A stretch of DNA of 64,000 nucleotides, taken from Lepidodermella squamata. Its lineage: Eukaryota; Animalia; Gastrotricha. Within the stretch, counting starts at the first letter, position 1. Every line of letters begins with the position of its first letter. This document shows positions 9,801 to 23,300 of this stretch, piece by piece. The position numbers and the translations under genes are program-made. The notes below the pieces were generated by a model that saw only the letters and a program-made list of their open reading frames with translations, was not told the origin of the DNA and did not search any database. The stretch is from NCBI GenBank assembly GCA_047495785.1, contig JBLDXI010000023.1, positions 124,001-188,000 of the forward strand, read 5' to 3'.

Positions 9801-12754
9801 CTAAATATTCGTAATCGCTGTACTTTCACGATACGGCTGTACAGCGACCAGTTTACTTGCGTAGCTCAAACGCAATTGCGTCGCATGGCTCAATTGGCGA
9901 GCGAACAGAATGTTCGTAGTCGCAGAGTGGTGTCGCTGCACTTTATGGGGCGCGAATCTTTTCAAATTTAGAACAAGCATGTTTAGGCCGGCCACAAAGA
10001 TGACAAACGATGCGACCACAATTTGTAACGCTTCGCGGTCACTTGCCATGAGGATAGTAACGAGAATCCCAGCCAGAATTGTCATGACTTGGAAGCGGAC
10101 GCATTTCATCGTTGGATAGAACTCTGAAGCAGCTGCCTTGATGCGAACAGGAACCTTGTGTGCCGTGCACTTCTGTACACATAAAATTTAAAAATTTAAA
10201 CAAAGATCATTGAAATACCCCAATTTGGACATTTTGAAGGGTCTCGTGCATAGAGCTTATGGCTTATGCTATACATTTAAGAACTCACCATATTCAGTTG
10301 GAAGCTCTTGAAGCAAATGAAAAGAACGCCCAGCGCATGCGTAGTCAAAATAGTAGCGAGAATCCCCATCGTTTCTTGCGTGTCCCAGTTTAGGTTTAGT
10401 TGGAGTCTAAATGGTAAATATGCGACGCTTTCATCAGTGGAATACGTACGGGCGAGATTCGCCACTTCCACATTGCCCAAGCATCCGCTCGCTACGAAAG
10501 CTGTCATTGGGACGGCATTCACCACGAACCATGCAACATTCAAAGCTATGAATTGAGCCCTTGGAACCCTGCAAAATTGTCGAGACGACATGATTTTCAG
10601 GCCATGATTGATTTTGGTCAATGTGCCTGACATGACTAGGCCGAATCCACAGGTTAGACAGAAGCAACCAGCCGCGTATTGCCTGAAAATTCTCCCCTCA
10701 TCCTCTGTATCGACTGCAACCGAAAGAATGCAATAGCATAGCATTAGAGCATTGCCTAGTAGGATCAGGCAATCCTCAGGTTTCGAAATATAGTTCTCAG
10801 ATCGATCACGCAGTGTCAAGGCCAATAGTCCGAGCAAGCAAACAAAACCGAAGCACGTCAAAACTAGCAGGAGAAGACGTTAAATGAGCCATTCCGCAGA
10901 AAAATATAATAAAACCTACCTAATATCGCCCAAGATGCAGAAGGTCTAATTAATGGTTTAGAATATCTCAAAATACGAACTGTATCCCCCGGCTTGATGT
11001 TACCCTCCGTCCGCCAGACGGGGCCGCCATTCAACGGGAATACCATGTTGTCACTTGATCTGAAGTAGGCCATGATGAAATTCTTTATTGACTTTCGATC
11101 AACGTCTAGATATCGCATCTGCGAGAACGTCATGCTGTAGCCGAGCGTATTTAGCGAAGTCTGGCGGTCAAATTTGAATACGCCCTTGCTGCCATTGATG
11201 TGCATTGAGCTTATCGCATCTTTTATTAAACCGTGAAAGAATCGACCATTTTGCCGGAAATTCTTCGACTCTGTTGTCCATTCCGATAGCGTCGAGTTGA
11301 GTGTACCTCTCAGAGTGCGTTCAATTTTATCGATTGCAAACCCGGTGAATTGAGCGACTTCGTAGCAGTCTCCCGACCATAAAGCGTAGCCTGGCGCTTT
11401 CTTCACGTCGTAGATTTTCGCCTCCATAGCCGCTGTGAAATCTTCATCCGTAATTCCCAGGCTGTCCCGATAATTAGGCCCGAAAATGTCGCTTTGCCTT
11501 GCGTAGGATACAAACACCCAACTCTCGATCACCTGGCTCAGCATAAACCTCGTGCACCACGATTCAACGTAGGTGGGGATCTCGGTGGTTGCTGGGTCGA
11601 AAATGGCCCAATCACTGGCTAGGATGACGTAGCTGGGTCCGAATAGGCCGTAGCGATAGAGCCAGCACGATAGGCTAACTGGCGCGTCGGTATTCGCGAG
11701 AATTATCCGAGGCTCAGATAATCGCATAGCACGAACGGCGGAAGACATCTCAGCAGCGTCTTCTGACAGGAAAGTTACTTTTCCCAGCCACGTGACGGTG
11801 ATATTTCGCCGGCTTAGCATCGGAAGCGTGTATTTCTCAGCCTAATCATAAGACACACTTTTTTGCGGAAGGGAGAGATATAGGTAATTGAACTATGGAA
11901 AGCATTTGAAAAATACGTGGCAAAGGTGATGCAACGCTAATTGCTAATTCACGCGATGGGATCTTGAAATAAGAGACTTTCCGAGAAGCAAAAGGATTTT
12001 ACAATCTGAGAGCTGGATTTTTTTCAATTTTTTCTCATCAGTGCTGAGTGGAGCAGCTATATTCAACTCTCCATCGTATGTATGTCTCAGGAACTCACGT
12101 CATTGAAATAAGGCAGGTCTTCGGAAAAAATCGCCAGCCTTCCCCAGCCGTTATAGAGCATGAAGTAAGCTAAAGCATCGTATTGGACGATTGGAGCGAA
12201 GAAAAGTTGGTAGACAGCATCGAAACGCGACGGCTGCGACAGCGCGGCCTCGTTTTGCAAGTAAATGGTCACGGCGCTCATGTTGAGCTGTTTCAACGCC
12301 TGAGCGACAACAGACTGACCAACGGTAGGGCACCAACCACTTATGACAAGTGGGATTCGGTTGTTTGCATTTGGAGATACCAACTCGCGCATCGTTTTGT
12401 TTATCGTTTCAGCATCGTCACACTGAGAATCGGGAATCGGATTGAAATTTTGTCATGACGCATCTATATGGTCCAATTTCTTACCAGATCATTGATTACT
12501 TGGATTTCCAAGTCATAATTCTCGAGCCACGTGCCTTTCGCTTTGAATTGGTCCAGAGCGACCTCCATAGCCTTTGTGCAGAGGGGTCCGGCTGGGTAGC
12601 TTGATCCGCCATAATTCAAGTGGGCGAGGATACTCAATAGTGGGCGGGATAAGTTGCCCGAGCGGATCGGCCCATCATAAGTAGCGTTGTAGAAAACCTT
12701 GCTTGCAAATGCACCAGCGAGCAGGTTGACGATGAGAATAAAACTCGAAATCAT
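9801..12754 (-). CDS. Orphan class C GPCR, subfamily B copy 1 (5 exons, about 820 aa)
   Basis: Exons 12754-12485, 12422-12099, 11841-10920, 10863-10289, 10172-9801. All introns are GT-AG and the total of 2463 nt is in frame. VFT motifs (GPLC, WLENYDL, CDD, GWC, GWGRLAI, YGLFGPSYV) plus 7TM. Confidence 0.87.
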
Positions 12755-13261
12755 TGAAGCGTGATTGAAAGTTGAATGTGATTAAATCTACGGGGATAAG
12801 CTGCCGTAATTTGACACGCAACGCTATTTTCGTACTGTCATGTTGTCGGTGTTTCAAACAGACGCTGGAAATTTATGCTCGATTAGGCAGTCATGAAACG
12901 ATCAGATCGCGTCTTCATTACCTGGGACAGAATGCACTGGTGTAGCCGTACATTTGATGGCTGAGCATCTTTGTTCCTATAGGATTTGACCAAATGACCA
13001 AATCAATTACTTTTATTTTACGTCCTCCGTAGGCAAGAAAATTAGGTTTTCAATATTTTTGGCAATTATTAAAAAATTATCAACAATCGAAACCCAAATA
13101 ATTTATGAAACATACAAATCTGTATTATCAACTAACTATATACTCCTGTCTCCTGTGTCTATAAGGCAATGTTACTGATATATCAGTATAACACACAGAC
13201 CGCCACTAAATCGGTTTCTCTCTCTCTCTCTTACCCGTGAGGGTTTAGGGGAAGGCTAATG

Positions 13262-13978
13262 CACATTTCCCCATCCGCCGGTGTTTCCTCCACGCGCGCA
13301 TTCCCATTGGTTGATTAAATTTACGCGTAACCGCACGTCGCGCGCATTTATTGCGCAATAAATAATTGCGGCTTTCTACGCGCATGCTGCAAAATCACAA
13401 GAAAACTACAAGTCAGCTAGCCCGAATTGAACAAGTCCAGTATATCATGTGAAGCGCGCGCATCGAGAGTACATTTTTCAATTAGTGCTTAGTACCAAGT
13501 TTCAAAAAATTGCGAATCAAGATGTGCGAGAAATAATGATGCCTTACAATCGACAGGGCGCTGAAAAATATTTCCAAGCAATCAATTTGATGTAGCGCGA
13601 AAATAATCAAATGGTTAGTCTCAAGATATATTTTGATGAAATTACCCCAAATTCACCGAAAATTGCTCGTGCCATCGGTGCGCGCTTTCGCAATTTGTTG
13701 GGTTAAACTTGAATTTTGCGCGCGCACTATTTTCTATTTTCTGTTCAATCGATAAATATATCCAAATTTTGTCAAATTTTTCGACAACAAAATCTGCCTT
13801 AATTTAAGCTTTTTCATTTTCTTGAAAGCATTTCGCTGACTCAGCGCAGGGCGCAGTCGTCCTTGCTCTCGTCCGTGCGCGCGCGCACGAAGGCTGTAAT
13901 TATCTTAGTTGTTGCGCAACAAGGCCCAGCCAATAGGAGCGCGCGCGCGGAGGAAACACCGGCAGATGGGGAAATGTG
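13262..13978. mobile_element. Non-autonomous inverted-repeat element (MITE-like), copy 1
   Basis: About 52-bp imperfect inverted repeats CACATTTCCCCATCCGCCGGTGTTTCCTCC... (13262-13313) and 13927-13978; no ORF; no TSD recognised. Confidence 0.65.
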
Positions 13979-14290
13979 AAATGTGATGGCAGACGATCGG
14001 TTTCAGGGGCCGACAGAACGGTCGCGAGCAACTTGCTTCTGCCCAAAAATGCATAAGTAACTTTCTGGTCAGGCTCAACCACTATGAGGATTTGTTTATT
14101 AATATATTCATATAAATTAAAAAAAAAACAAGCTGTATACTATCCAGCTTTAGTGAACGTTGAAGATGACCTTTAGTGATCCCTTGCAAAACGACGCCCC
14201 GGAGGCCTCCTGATTCGTCGTTGGCGCTGGAAAAATTGAATAATAAGTCCATACTGGTGTCAATGATTTGTTGACCTTAAGTATTTGCTA

Positions 14291-16383
14291 CAGTGCTCCC
14301 TCGTTAAAGGCACCGTTTTTATAAGACCGTTTCTTTATCGAGGGCTGTTTACGATAGGAAGAGGATTAGCGCCCCACGTGGTGCCAAGTTTTGCTTTTTC
14401 GTAATACAGTGCTCCCTCGTTAGTGGCACCCTCGTTAAAAGAACTCCCTCGTTTGTAGACCGCAATTTTGGACCCTGCTAAATAAATTAGTTGTAAATTT
14501 TTAATTAAACAAACAATAATTATTGGATAAATTTAAAAAATTAAGTGTGAACAATTTGCGTTCCTAGAAACCTAGCGGCGTGTTGTCGTGGTTTCATGAG
14601 ACCCAGTTATTTCAAGTTCAGTTCAAACGAGTTGAAAGATCATCAGTGCATTAAGCTGTTCTTGTGGTTTTGAAATGACTGATTATGCAACAGAGTGTGT
14701 GGATTAGCTGCCACTCTCGTCGTGCTGCGAGTCGTCCTGCTTTTTTAGTTGAAACTCCATCAGAAATTCTTCAGCCAGTTCATAATTCATAAGAAAACAA
14801 TTAGTAACTCGTTTCATCATCTTTAAGAATGCCCGTCTATCTTCAATCTTCTTGATTTGCAGATTTTTCTGAGATCAATAGCTGATCAATTAAACACCCA
14901 TCGAATTGCCCTGATTTATCATGTTTTAGCAGCTTTCCCGGCCAGAAAAGCTTTTTAAATTATCAACATGATCGAAGTAGGATTAGAAATCGTGACTTTT
15001 GTCAGAAAAAATTGAAACTTCGTGGTATTTGTTAACGATTCGGTAGTTATTTCTCCATTTTTGGGAGAACCCCGCTGGAATAAACCGTGAGCCGTGGGAA
15101 ATGACTAGTAAAATTCAGGTTTTTCTGGTCGAAAATTAATGAATTTTCCACACTAAAGTGATGCATTTTTTCCAGTTTTTTCAAAACTATTTGCCAGCTG
15201 TGTTGCGTAATCAAGCGAAGTTTTTGTTTTCAGATTTAATTGAATTTAGATACATAGATTTATTCTCATAATAAACCGATTTCATCGTTCGAGTTGTCCT
15301 GAGTCATTGGAATTGTTAGCCGATTTTCGATAGTCTATAGGCCTGATCTACCATGAAACTGGCTGCCACTACTTAACGATTTCATTGCTCAACGCCCTGG
15401 CAATTTTCCGCGTTTTTTCACAACTGTTAATCATTCGATTTTGACTTTGAAAATCGCAACAACCCGAGGAGGGGCGGCGGGAGCTTCTGCCCGATTTTTT
15501 ACCTTGCTCTGATCTTAATAGGTCAGTTGAATAAAAATCAGATCACGCCTGAGAATATACAAATTTATTCCATTCAATCAAAAGACCTATCGAATCGTTC
15601 TTGACGGAGCCACACGTCTTATGCCTTGAAATTGGCCCGTGATTGTTCAATGCCATTAATCGATGAATTTAAAAAAGAAAAATTCAGGTTAACCGAGAAG
15701 AAATTATCGAAAATACATTTTTCATCCTAATTGTTTCAAATTTCATATTACTTTTTAAATAATTCTACGAATTTTAGGCGAAGCATGAGTTCTGAATTGA
15801 ACACTGAATTATCTTGAGAATGTTTGGCTGAATTTGCTGGTGATTAATTCAGAAGTATTCTGGTTCAATCTTGACCAAGGTGATTGATGTTTTAAGCTGT
15901 TATTTCAAATGAAAGTTGTTTGCGAAATCGGACGAGCTGGGCATTTTTGAAGTAAATTGAAATAATGAGATTCCAGGTTTCCAGGCAGGAATTAAAATCA
16001 GAGTAAAAAAAACAAGGCCAACCAGTCAAATCAAAACCGCCCTGGCAAATAAGAATAAAAACTTGGCGACGAACTTATGATTCAGTGTTATTGTTTCACA
16101 GCCTTCAGCGAGCGAAAATTGTAATGACACGTAATCCGTGTCCGTCTCTTTCTGCGCGTTGGCATGGCAACTGTCCTAAGGCGTAGAAACGGTCTATTTT
16201 TAGCTTCTGCATTCAATTACAGCCCTCGTTAAAGCTTTCCCTTGTTAAAAGACCGGGTCTGGCTCCCGACCCAGTGCTTTTATCGAGGGAGCACTGTAAA
16301 TGTACGGCACCCTTGTTAAAAGCACCCCTTGTTTATAGAACGGGTCTGGCTCCCGACCCAGTGCTTTTATCGAGGGAGCACTG
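14291..16383. mobile_element. Tc1/mariner-superfamily non-autonomous element with a nested same-family copy (inner 14407-16296)
   Basis: TA|CAGTGCTCCCTCG ... CGAGGGAGCACTG|TA at both outer and inner boundaries; empty TA site in the duplicated segment at 40262-40263. Confidence 0.92.
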
Positions 16384-17340
16384 TATCATTATTACCTAGT
16401 GTCTTTTATTACATCAGAGAAGCATTTTTGGGATGATGCTTCATTTGCTGACGACGCTGTGACTTCTTTCGCACATCTCGATATTTATCGCTCTCCGGCG
16501 ATGATTGTTTTGCGATGGTGTTTATAGTCGTTGAGATACCTCATCGGGTTCTGCTTCGCCTTGTGAATGTAGGCATGAACTTCGAACATTTGCCTACGAC
16601 ATTCGACTATACTTTAGTGTCAAATTCAGTTCTAGCCGTGCTCTACACAGGCATGTAATAAAAAAGCTAAACAGGTAATCATTAAGGCGAAATATGATAC
16701 TGCATCAAGTTGGGCGGAGTACCTTTTAAGTATTTAGGAGGATGCAGCTTAGCTGGTCAGAACATTCAACAATGTTGCTGTGTATGATATAATTCAAAGG
16801 CTAGATTACATCTGCTGCTTTAAACTAGTAAACTGCTATTAAACTAAAGTTTGAAGTTGAGGTTACAGCATGCGATAGTAGCTGCGCTAATCGCTTGAAG
16901 CTCACGAATATGCTAGTTACAGATCTCATCAGGAAATCTGGCCTTCTATAAATTCATCCTATCGTCTCTTGTTCGAGTTTAACTTGTTCAAAGTCTTCGC
17001 AATGACCAATCAAACTCTATTTCGCATTGATCTCCGCCAGGCAAGCAATTCATTTTCAATTACCGTATCGCCTCAAGGGACTCTTAGAGCAAGGGACGAC
17101 ATCCTTCGTTCTGCAGGTTTATCTAGCGATCTTTTTGTTTCTAACTTAATCGGCTGCGTCGAATATTGCTAATTTGCATGATTGGCAAGAAATTGAAAAA
17201 CTGAACACGGTTCAGCAACTTCATCTCATAGAAAACTACACTTTCGGCTGCCCAATCAATCTAAATTAAGCTGGTTAGCACACGATCTTTGCCAGGCTAA
17301 AGTTTTTTCTAGCCCCCGTGTATTAATTTTGATTTAGTAA

Positions 17341-20300
17341 ATGTTATTTCGGCTCATAGCAGCTGCTCTCTTGGTGGGATTGCCGCGGGCTGAAAAGCTG
17401 GATCTGAACGAACCTATCCCCGATCTACTGGTTTCGCCTCGAGCGAGTCAAAACCGAACATTGATGACGTTGATAACAAGCTCGGCATATACTGGTTTCT
17501 ATCCGGGTGGACCTTTGTGTACAGTTGCTCAGATTTCAGCATTCGACAATTTAAGAAAGATGCCGAATTGGCTGCCCGAATACGAAATCGGGCTCGAATA
17601 TCTTGACGATGCGGTGAGTAACCCCAAATATCTCATTGAGAGGCATGTGAGTACTATTTGTTCGCTGCTTTCATCAGTGCGACGACGGTCTTGCGATAAA
17701 CGGGCTCATGACTAAGTTACTTGCATCAGAAAGTGCAAACAACCGTTTCCCTCTCGTTCTCACAGCTGAGTGCGGTGCAGCCTCTCAAGACCTGACATCT
17801 TTACTATTGCCCCATTTCGATCACGTTGGGGTAGGATTTTGCTAAAAATCTTACATAAGTATATTAGTTTAGTACTGTCGCTGCAGATTGCTTTCTATCC
17901 GCTAACGCTACAATTGATAGAAAATCGAAAGAGAAACTCCAATTTTTTAGCAATTGGCGACAGACCAGATTGCTATTTTCCGGCCCTGTCGGACTTCCTC
18001 CATGCCATGGGCTGGACTAAGGTTGCTATTCTGTCAGAAGCCATTCCTTACTACACACTGGCAAGTTTTTTAACTTTGGGTTCGAACTTCGCTCATCTGA
18101 CTGATCAGTTTAACTGATGACAGATGGACAAATATCTTGTTGAAAGCCTCGAACAAACAGCAATCGAATTACTTTATATGGAAAAGTTTTCATCAGGTCT
18201 CGCACCTGGCTCATTTGAGCAGTTCAAGGCGCGAGATCCGCGAATAATCATCGTCATGGTCTACGACGGCGGCAGCGCAGCGTGCTTGCTGCATCGCGCA
18301 GGCTTCCACGGGCCGAAATACGTGTTCCTGTACTACGGCTGGGAGAATATCGGCAATCCACCTTACATACCCGAAGATGCAGCCGACTGGTGCACGGCTG
18401 AAATGGTTTATGAAGTGAGGTTTTTTAATTGGCCACAGCAACAGCTTAGCTGTTGCAGTAGCGCCGGGGGGAACCATTGAGACTGATGACAATCATACTA
18501 GTAGTTCAATCTTTACACTGCTGGGGTGGGCTCGAACTGCTCTAATGCCGCAATTAACTGCGATCAAGATTGGTAGCAAGTTCTCCAAATCATCAGGCAA
18601 AGGCATTACCTAGCAAACGGCGTTATCCTCATAGTGGCGTTAAGCGTGCACCAACAAGGAATGCATGCTTGGCAAGCGACAGCGTTGCTCGAGCCTTGTC
18701 GATTCCGTTCTGAGACCTTGACTGTGCCTCCGGAAAGGTAGCTCTTGGTTACACAATGTCTGAGCCCTCGACTCGAGATAATAACTTTGCGGAATCACAT
18801 ACCTACTGACATTGGCGACATTAACTGTTGCCGTCACAGACAACTGCTGCTTAGGCTGAGATCAGATCCATTCCGTTTTGAGCCCTTGGCTGTGCCTCAG
18901 GAAAAGCACCACTTGTACTAAACGAGGTGACATCATTAGCCTTAAGCGCCCTGAGCGGTACCAAGGGATCTGGGTGAACATATGAGATCACTGTTATAGA
19001 TTACAAGAAAGTACAACGAAGGTGTTACTTGACTCCCTTTCCCCACGACTAAGCCTCGTATAACTGCCGCAAATGTTTGCGAAGTTTTACGAAGTTTTGC
19101 CGTGAAAGCCTCGTAAAACTGCGGCAATCGTATAGGGGAGTATAGGGAAAGTTGCCACTTGCCACCATTTCCCTACTAGAAAATGGGACAAATGGCATCA
19201 AACCAGTTAGTTATTAGAGTCTCAACCCATGAGCAATATCGACCGACCGCGCAGGGACGCTGCCGCATCCTCAAGCGTCATGGGGCAGGCCGAAAGCTTC
19301 GAACTAAATCAGCAGTCGCTTAAGATCCAAGTTTTAGATGCAAAAATTAGCATGCTTGGATACCAAAGGCGCTGGGTGTACAGGTGAGATCATATGTGGA
19401 TTCCAGGGGAGTAAAACTATAGCGTGAAGTAGGACCGCAAAACTGGTAGGGAGAACATACTTCGACATAAGGGTCCCTCCTTTGGTGAATGAGCTGAGAC
19501 TGAGCTCTCCATGCGGAACGATGAAACTGATGATCCGTACCATCCCTATAGCGGTACTGCTCCCACCTCCCACAGAGTTCAACGAAAGTGCCACTTGACA
19601 CCGTTTTCTCGCTTGTAGAAAATAGGAATAATGGCCTCCAACCAGGGAGTTACAAAAGTCTCAAGGCGATTCACAGTATCAGCAACCACGCGCCGGAGAC
19701 GAAGAGAGCAACAGATTCGGCGAACGGCGTAATGAATTTCAGCAACTAGTCGATTACCACCAGTACATTTGGATATAGACAATTTTTTCGACCGCATTTG
19801 TAACTTTTACCGCCTCATGTAAACAAGCCTAGAGGTTCCTTCTGACGCGCTGCCAACGATATCCCCGACACGGCGACGATACGGCCGTAATGTATAGGGT
19901 GGTTGATCGCGATAATCAGCAATCGCCAAGTTTTTGCTGTGAAAACCTCGTAAAACTGCGGCAACCATTGTATTACGAGAGTATAAGGAAAGTTGCCACT
20001 TGCCACCATTTCCCAACTAATAGAAAATGGGACAAATGGCATCAAACCAGTTAGTTATTAGAGTCTCAAGGCGACGCACATTATTGGCTACCACGCACCG
20101 GAGAACGGAGAACTCGGCGGTTCTGGGAGTTAAAGAGAGTTTGTTAGGTCAGTTCGTTGCATAACGTTTTCGGACGCGACAAACTTCCCGTGATAGCAGT
20201 CTGAGAGATCAAGGGCGATAGACTCGTTCAACGGCTAAATGGGATTCAAAAACTTATCGAGTAACTCGTGAGCAACATCGACAGACAGGGCAAGACAGCG

Positions 20301-23300
20301 GAAGAAAGAGGTGTGGCGACAATGGAGCAAGCGGCTATTCAACGTGCGACAGCTCGGTACGGCAATTCGGCAAAACGACAACTTGATATGATGAAAATCA
20401 CTGGATATTGGGAAACGACAACTCGGCAGGAATAAATTCACGTTTGATAAAGAGTGATTAAGTCCGAGAACGGGACAAAATGTCATGTCCTGCATTGAGC
20501 AATAATATTAGGGGTAAAAAGGCTATGCGAGCGGAGCAGGGTGCGAAGTACATGGGTGCTGGGGTGTCCAGTGCCCATTAGGCGTTTGTCGAGTTTCGAG
20601 TCGTCGTTTTCGATCGAATAACAAAATATTGCCGAATAGCCGAATTGTCGTTGCTCAATTGTCATTCAACCACACAAGGATATAAGCAATCGCCTAGTTT
20701 TAGATCTAAAAACCAAACCTAGGTAATTTAAAGCGTGCGCGGAAAGCCTGCATAGACTGTGCGCACTCTGGCGGCATACAAACAAACAAACAAACAAACA
20801 AACAACTTGTCCACTCACAAACGGTGACAGTATGGGGGTTCCCCCCGGCATATTACGATTAGTGACAGGGCTGCAAAACATGCACAACTTCCCGCGCACC
20901 GATTGAAATTTCCCGCTAAACCCGCTCGCGGTGTATTTTCCGTTTTGTATTTACATAACAATAAACAATAACCTCTTATTTGGTTTTAGTGCTCATTTTA
21001 TTCGTCTGCCGGCTCCTTGTGTGAGCATGAGAACTGCGAATTTACCACGACTTCATGTTTCGAGCGATTTTACGGGAGACTATTGGTGATATTTTACTAA
21101 ATTTTGTGTGTGCTCGCGTTACTGTGAATCATAAATTCATTACTTCAAGTTTAAGGACTCAGTTTTCGTAGGCCAACCGACGCGCGCGCTTAGGATAAAT
21201 GATTCTCTGATCGCACAAACCTGGCTTAAAAAGACAAAAATCAAGTTTTTGACGGTGAGGAATTTCACGAAACAAATTAGATATTCGGATTCGGCGTAAA
21301 AACTTAGGTACCTGTGCAAATTTGCGCACGATTATCTTCCAAAATGAAGAAGAAATGCGGTAGAAAAGTTTAACTGTGTGTGTGCGCGCACACACACACA
21401 CACACTGACGAAATTAAGTTTTATTCCCCCAATATATTCCCCATTTTTAATCGTAGTCGCGCGCAACTACGTTTTCTAGCTCAACTTTTTACGCTGAATC
21501 CGAATATCTAATTTGTTTCGTGAAATTCCTCACCGTCAAAAACTTGATTTTTTTCATATTATTCGCGATAAATGAATAAGTTTAGCATTTCCCCCGATTT
21601 CAAATATTCCATTGCCTAGAAAAATACAGCTGGACGTTGATTTCCCCAGAGAAATTGTATTTTCCAATTCTTCCCGGTAATGTTTTCTCCACATTTCCCG
21701 GTGATTTTTTGAATTTCCCAAGGCGAAATTTCCCGAAAATTTCCCGCTACGCGGCAAAATTTCCCGCGCACCCAGTGCGCCATTTTTGCATGTTTTCCAG
21801 CCCTGATTAGTGATAGATTTACTTTGCTTTTCAGGTAATGGGAAGTGTCATGCGTTTTACGGATTCGCCGTGGGACTACTACTACGGCGAGTCATTCCGC
21901 GACTTTTCAGGGCAGTCAATGCTACAGCTTCATCAGACTCTGGATGAGAAGGTTGAAACTCCCCAACTGTCATCCGGCTACGACTACTGGCCCGAGATCT
22001 GCTACGACAAAGCAATAGCCGTTGGTCTGGCTCTCAACGCAACCGAAGCAATTCTCAACAAAAGTAAGGTTTTATATCCGAAGACACCGCTGTAACAGAT
22101 TAGAATTTAACCGATTCTTCTATGGCGGAATATTTCTTCGCCACTTGAACCATTCTCGTTCTCCTAGACGAATCCACGTGCCTAGAAATATATCAGAGTA
22201 CCAAATCAGAGTTAAAGCGTTGGTGGACCCGAACTACGAGTGTTAAGAGTGGACTATCTCCCCGAGATGTTATCCTGGGCCCCGACTCATCTTACGTCAT
22301 GAACGCACTTGCCTAACTTGCCGTCATCTAAAATTGGGCAAGATAATCGCAAACTTTTGATAATGCCTTCGTCAGCAATGTTGAAATGTAGATGAGCGAT
22401 GAGCGAAATTATTAAGGGACCTTTTTATATTCCAAGGCTTTTTCGGAGGTTATGTTGTGTAAAATATAACCATGGCACAAAGGCCGCATTTCCATGCTTA
22501 CTGCTGTTGGAAGTCTTGGGAATTGTGGAATTATGATGGACGACCAGAGTCTCCAGAGTTCCGATCAATAGTACACGTGGTATCAATAGATGTTTCCCAT
22601 GTCTATGGTATGAACCAATATGAAAATTTATCAATTTTTCAGGAAATCAGACTTTGTCAGATTGGTTCACCCGACAGGAGCGGCATGCGTGGAGCGGGGA
22701 CGAAATAACGTCGATCATTAAGAAAGCCATTCTTGACACGTCCTTCGTTGGACTGAAGGCCAATTACGAGTTCAACCGATCAGCAGAGGCCGCGAGGTCG
22801 ATGTTTCCGATCAGCTTCGTCCAAACTCGAGTCGTTGGTATTGCAACAAAAACGGCAGTAATAGCGATTGCAGCGCCAGTCACCAACTCGGATCGCACTC
22901 TTTCGTTGAGGCCCCATGCTATGCAGTGGCGTACAAGAGGAAATGTGCCGCCAGTTGATTCGCTGAAGATTCTTCCAGTGATGCAACCCCCTATACCAAT
23001 AGCTATGAATTTATTCCTGAAAGGTAATGAGCTGCTTATAAAATCTAGGCGACTTGGGCTTATGTGTTTCTATTTTGGGGAACAGCTGCTGGGTCAATAC
23101 TGGTTTGTTCGGCTGCACTTCTACTGGAATTGCCGCATGTAAAGAAATTCGCCACATTGAGACGAAGGGTTAACTGGAACGGGAGACTCATGCTGATTGG
23201 GGACATTTTACTACTAATGCATGGTATTGCGGTACCATTTAGCTCACCAGCCCAGACCGCTGAGCTGTGCGCTGCCCAGGCTGTGATATGGATTCTAGGC

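Noticed and set aside
18477-19225. Single TIR element bounded by TTGAGACT...AGTCTCAA
   Set aside because: Only 8 bp of inverted match and no clear target-site duplication.
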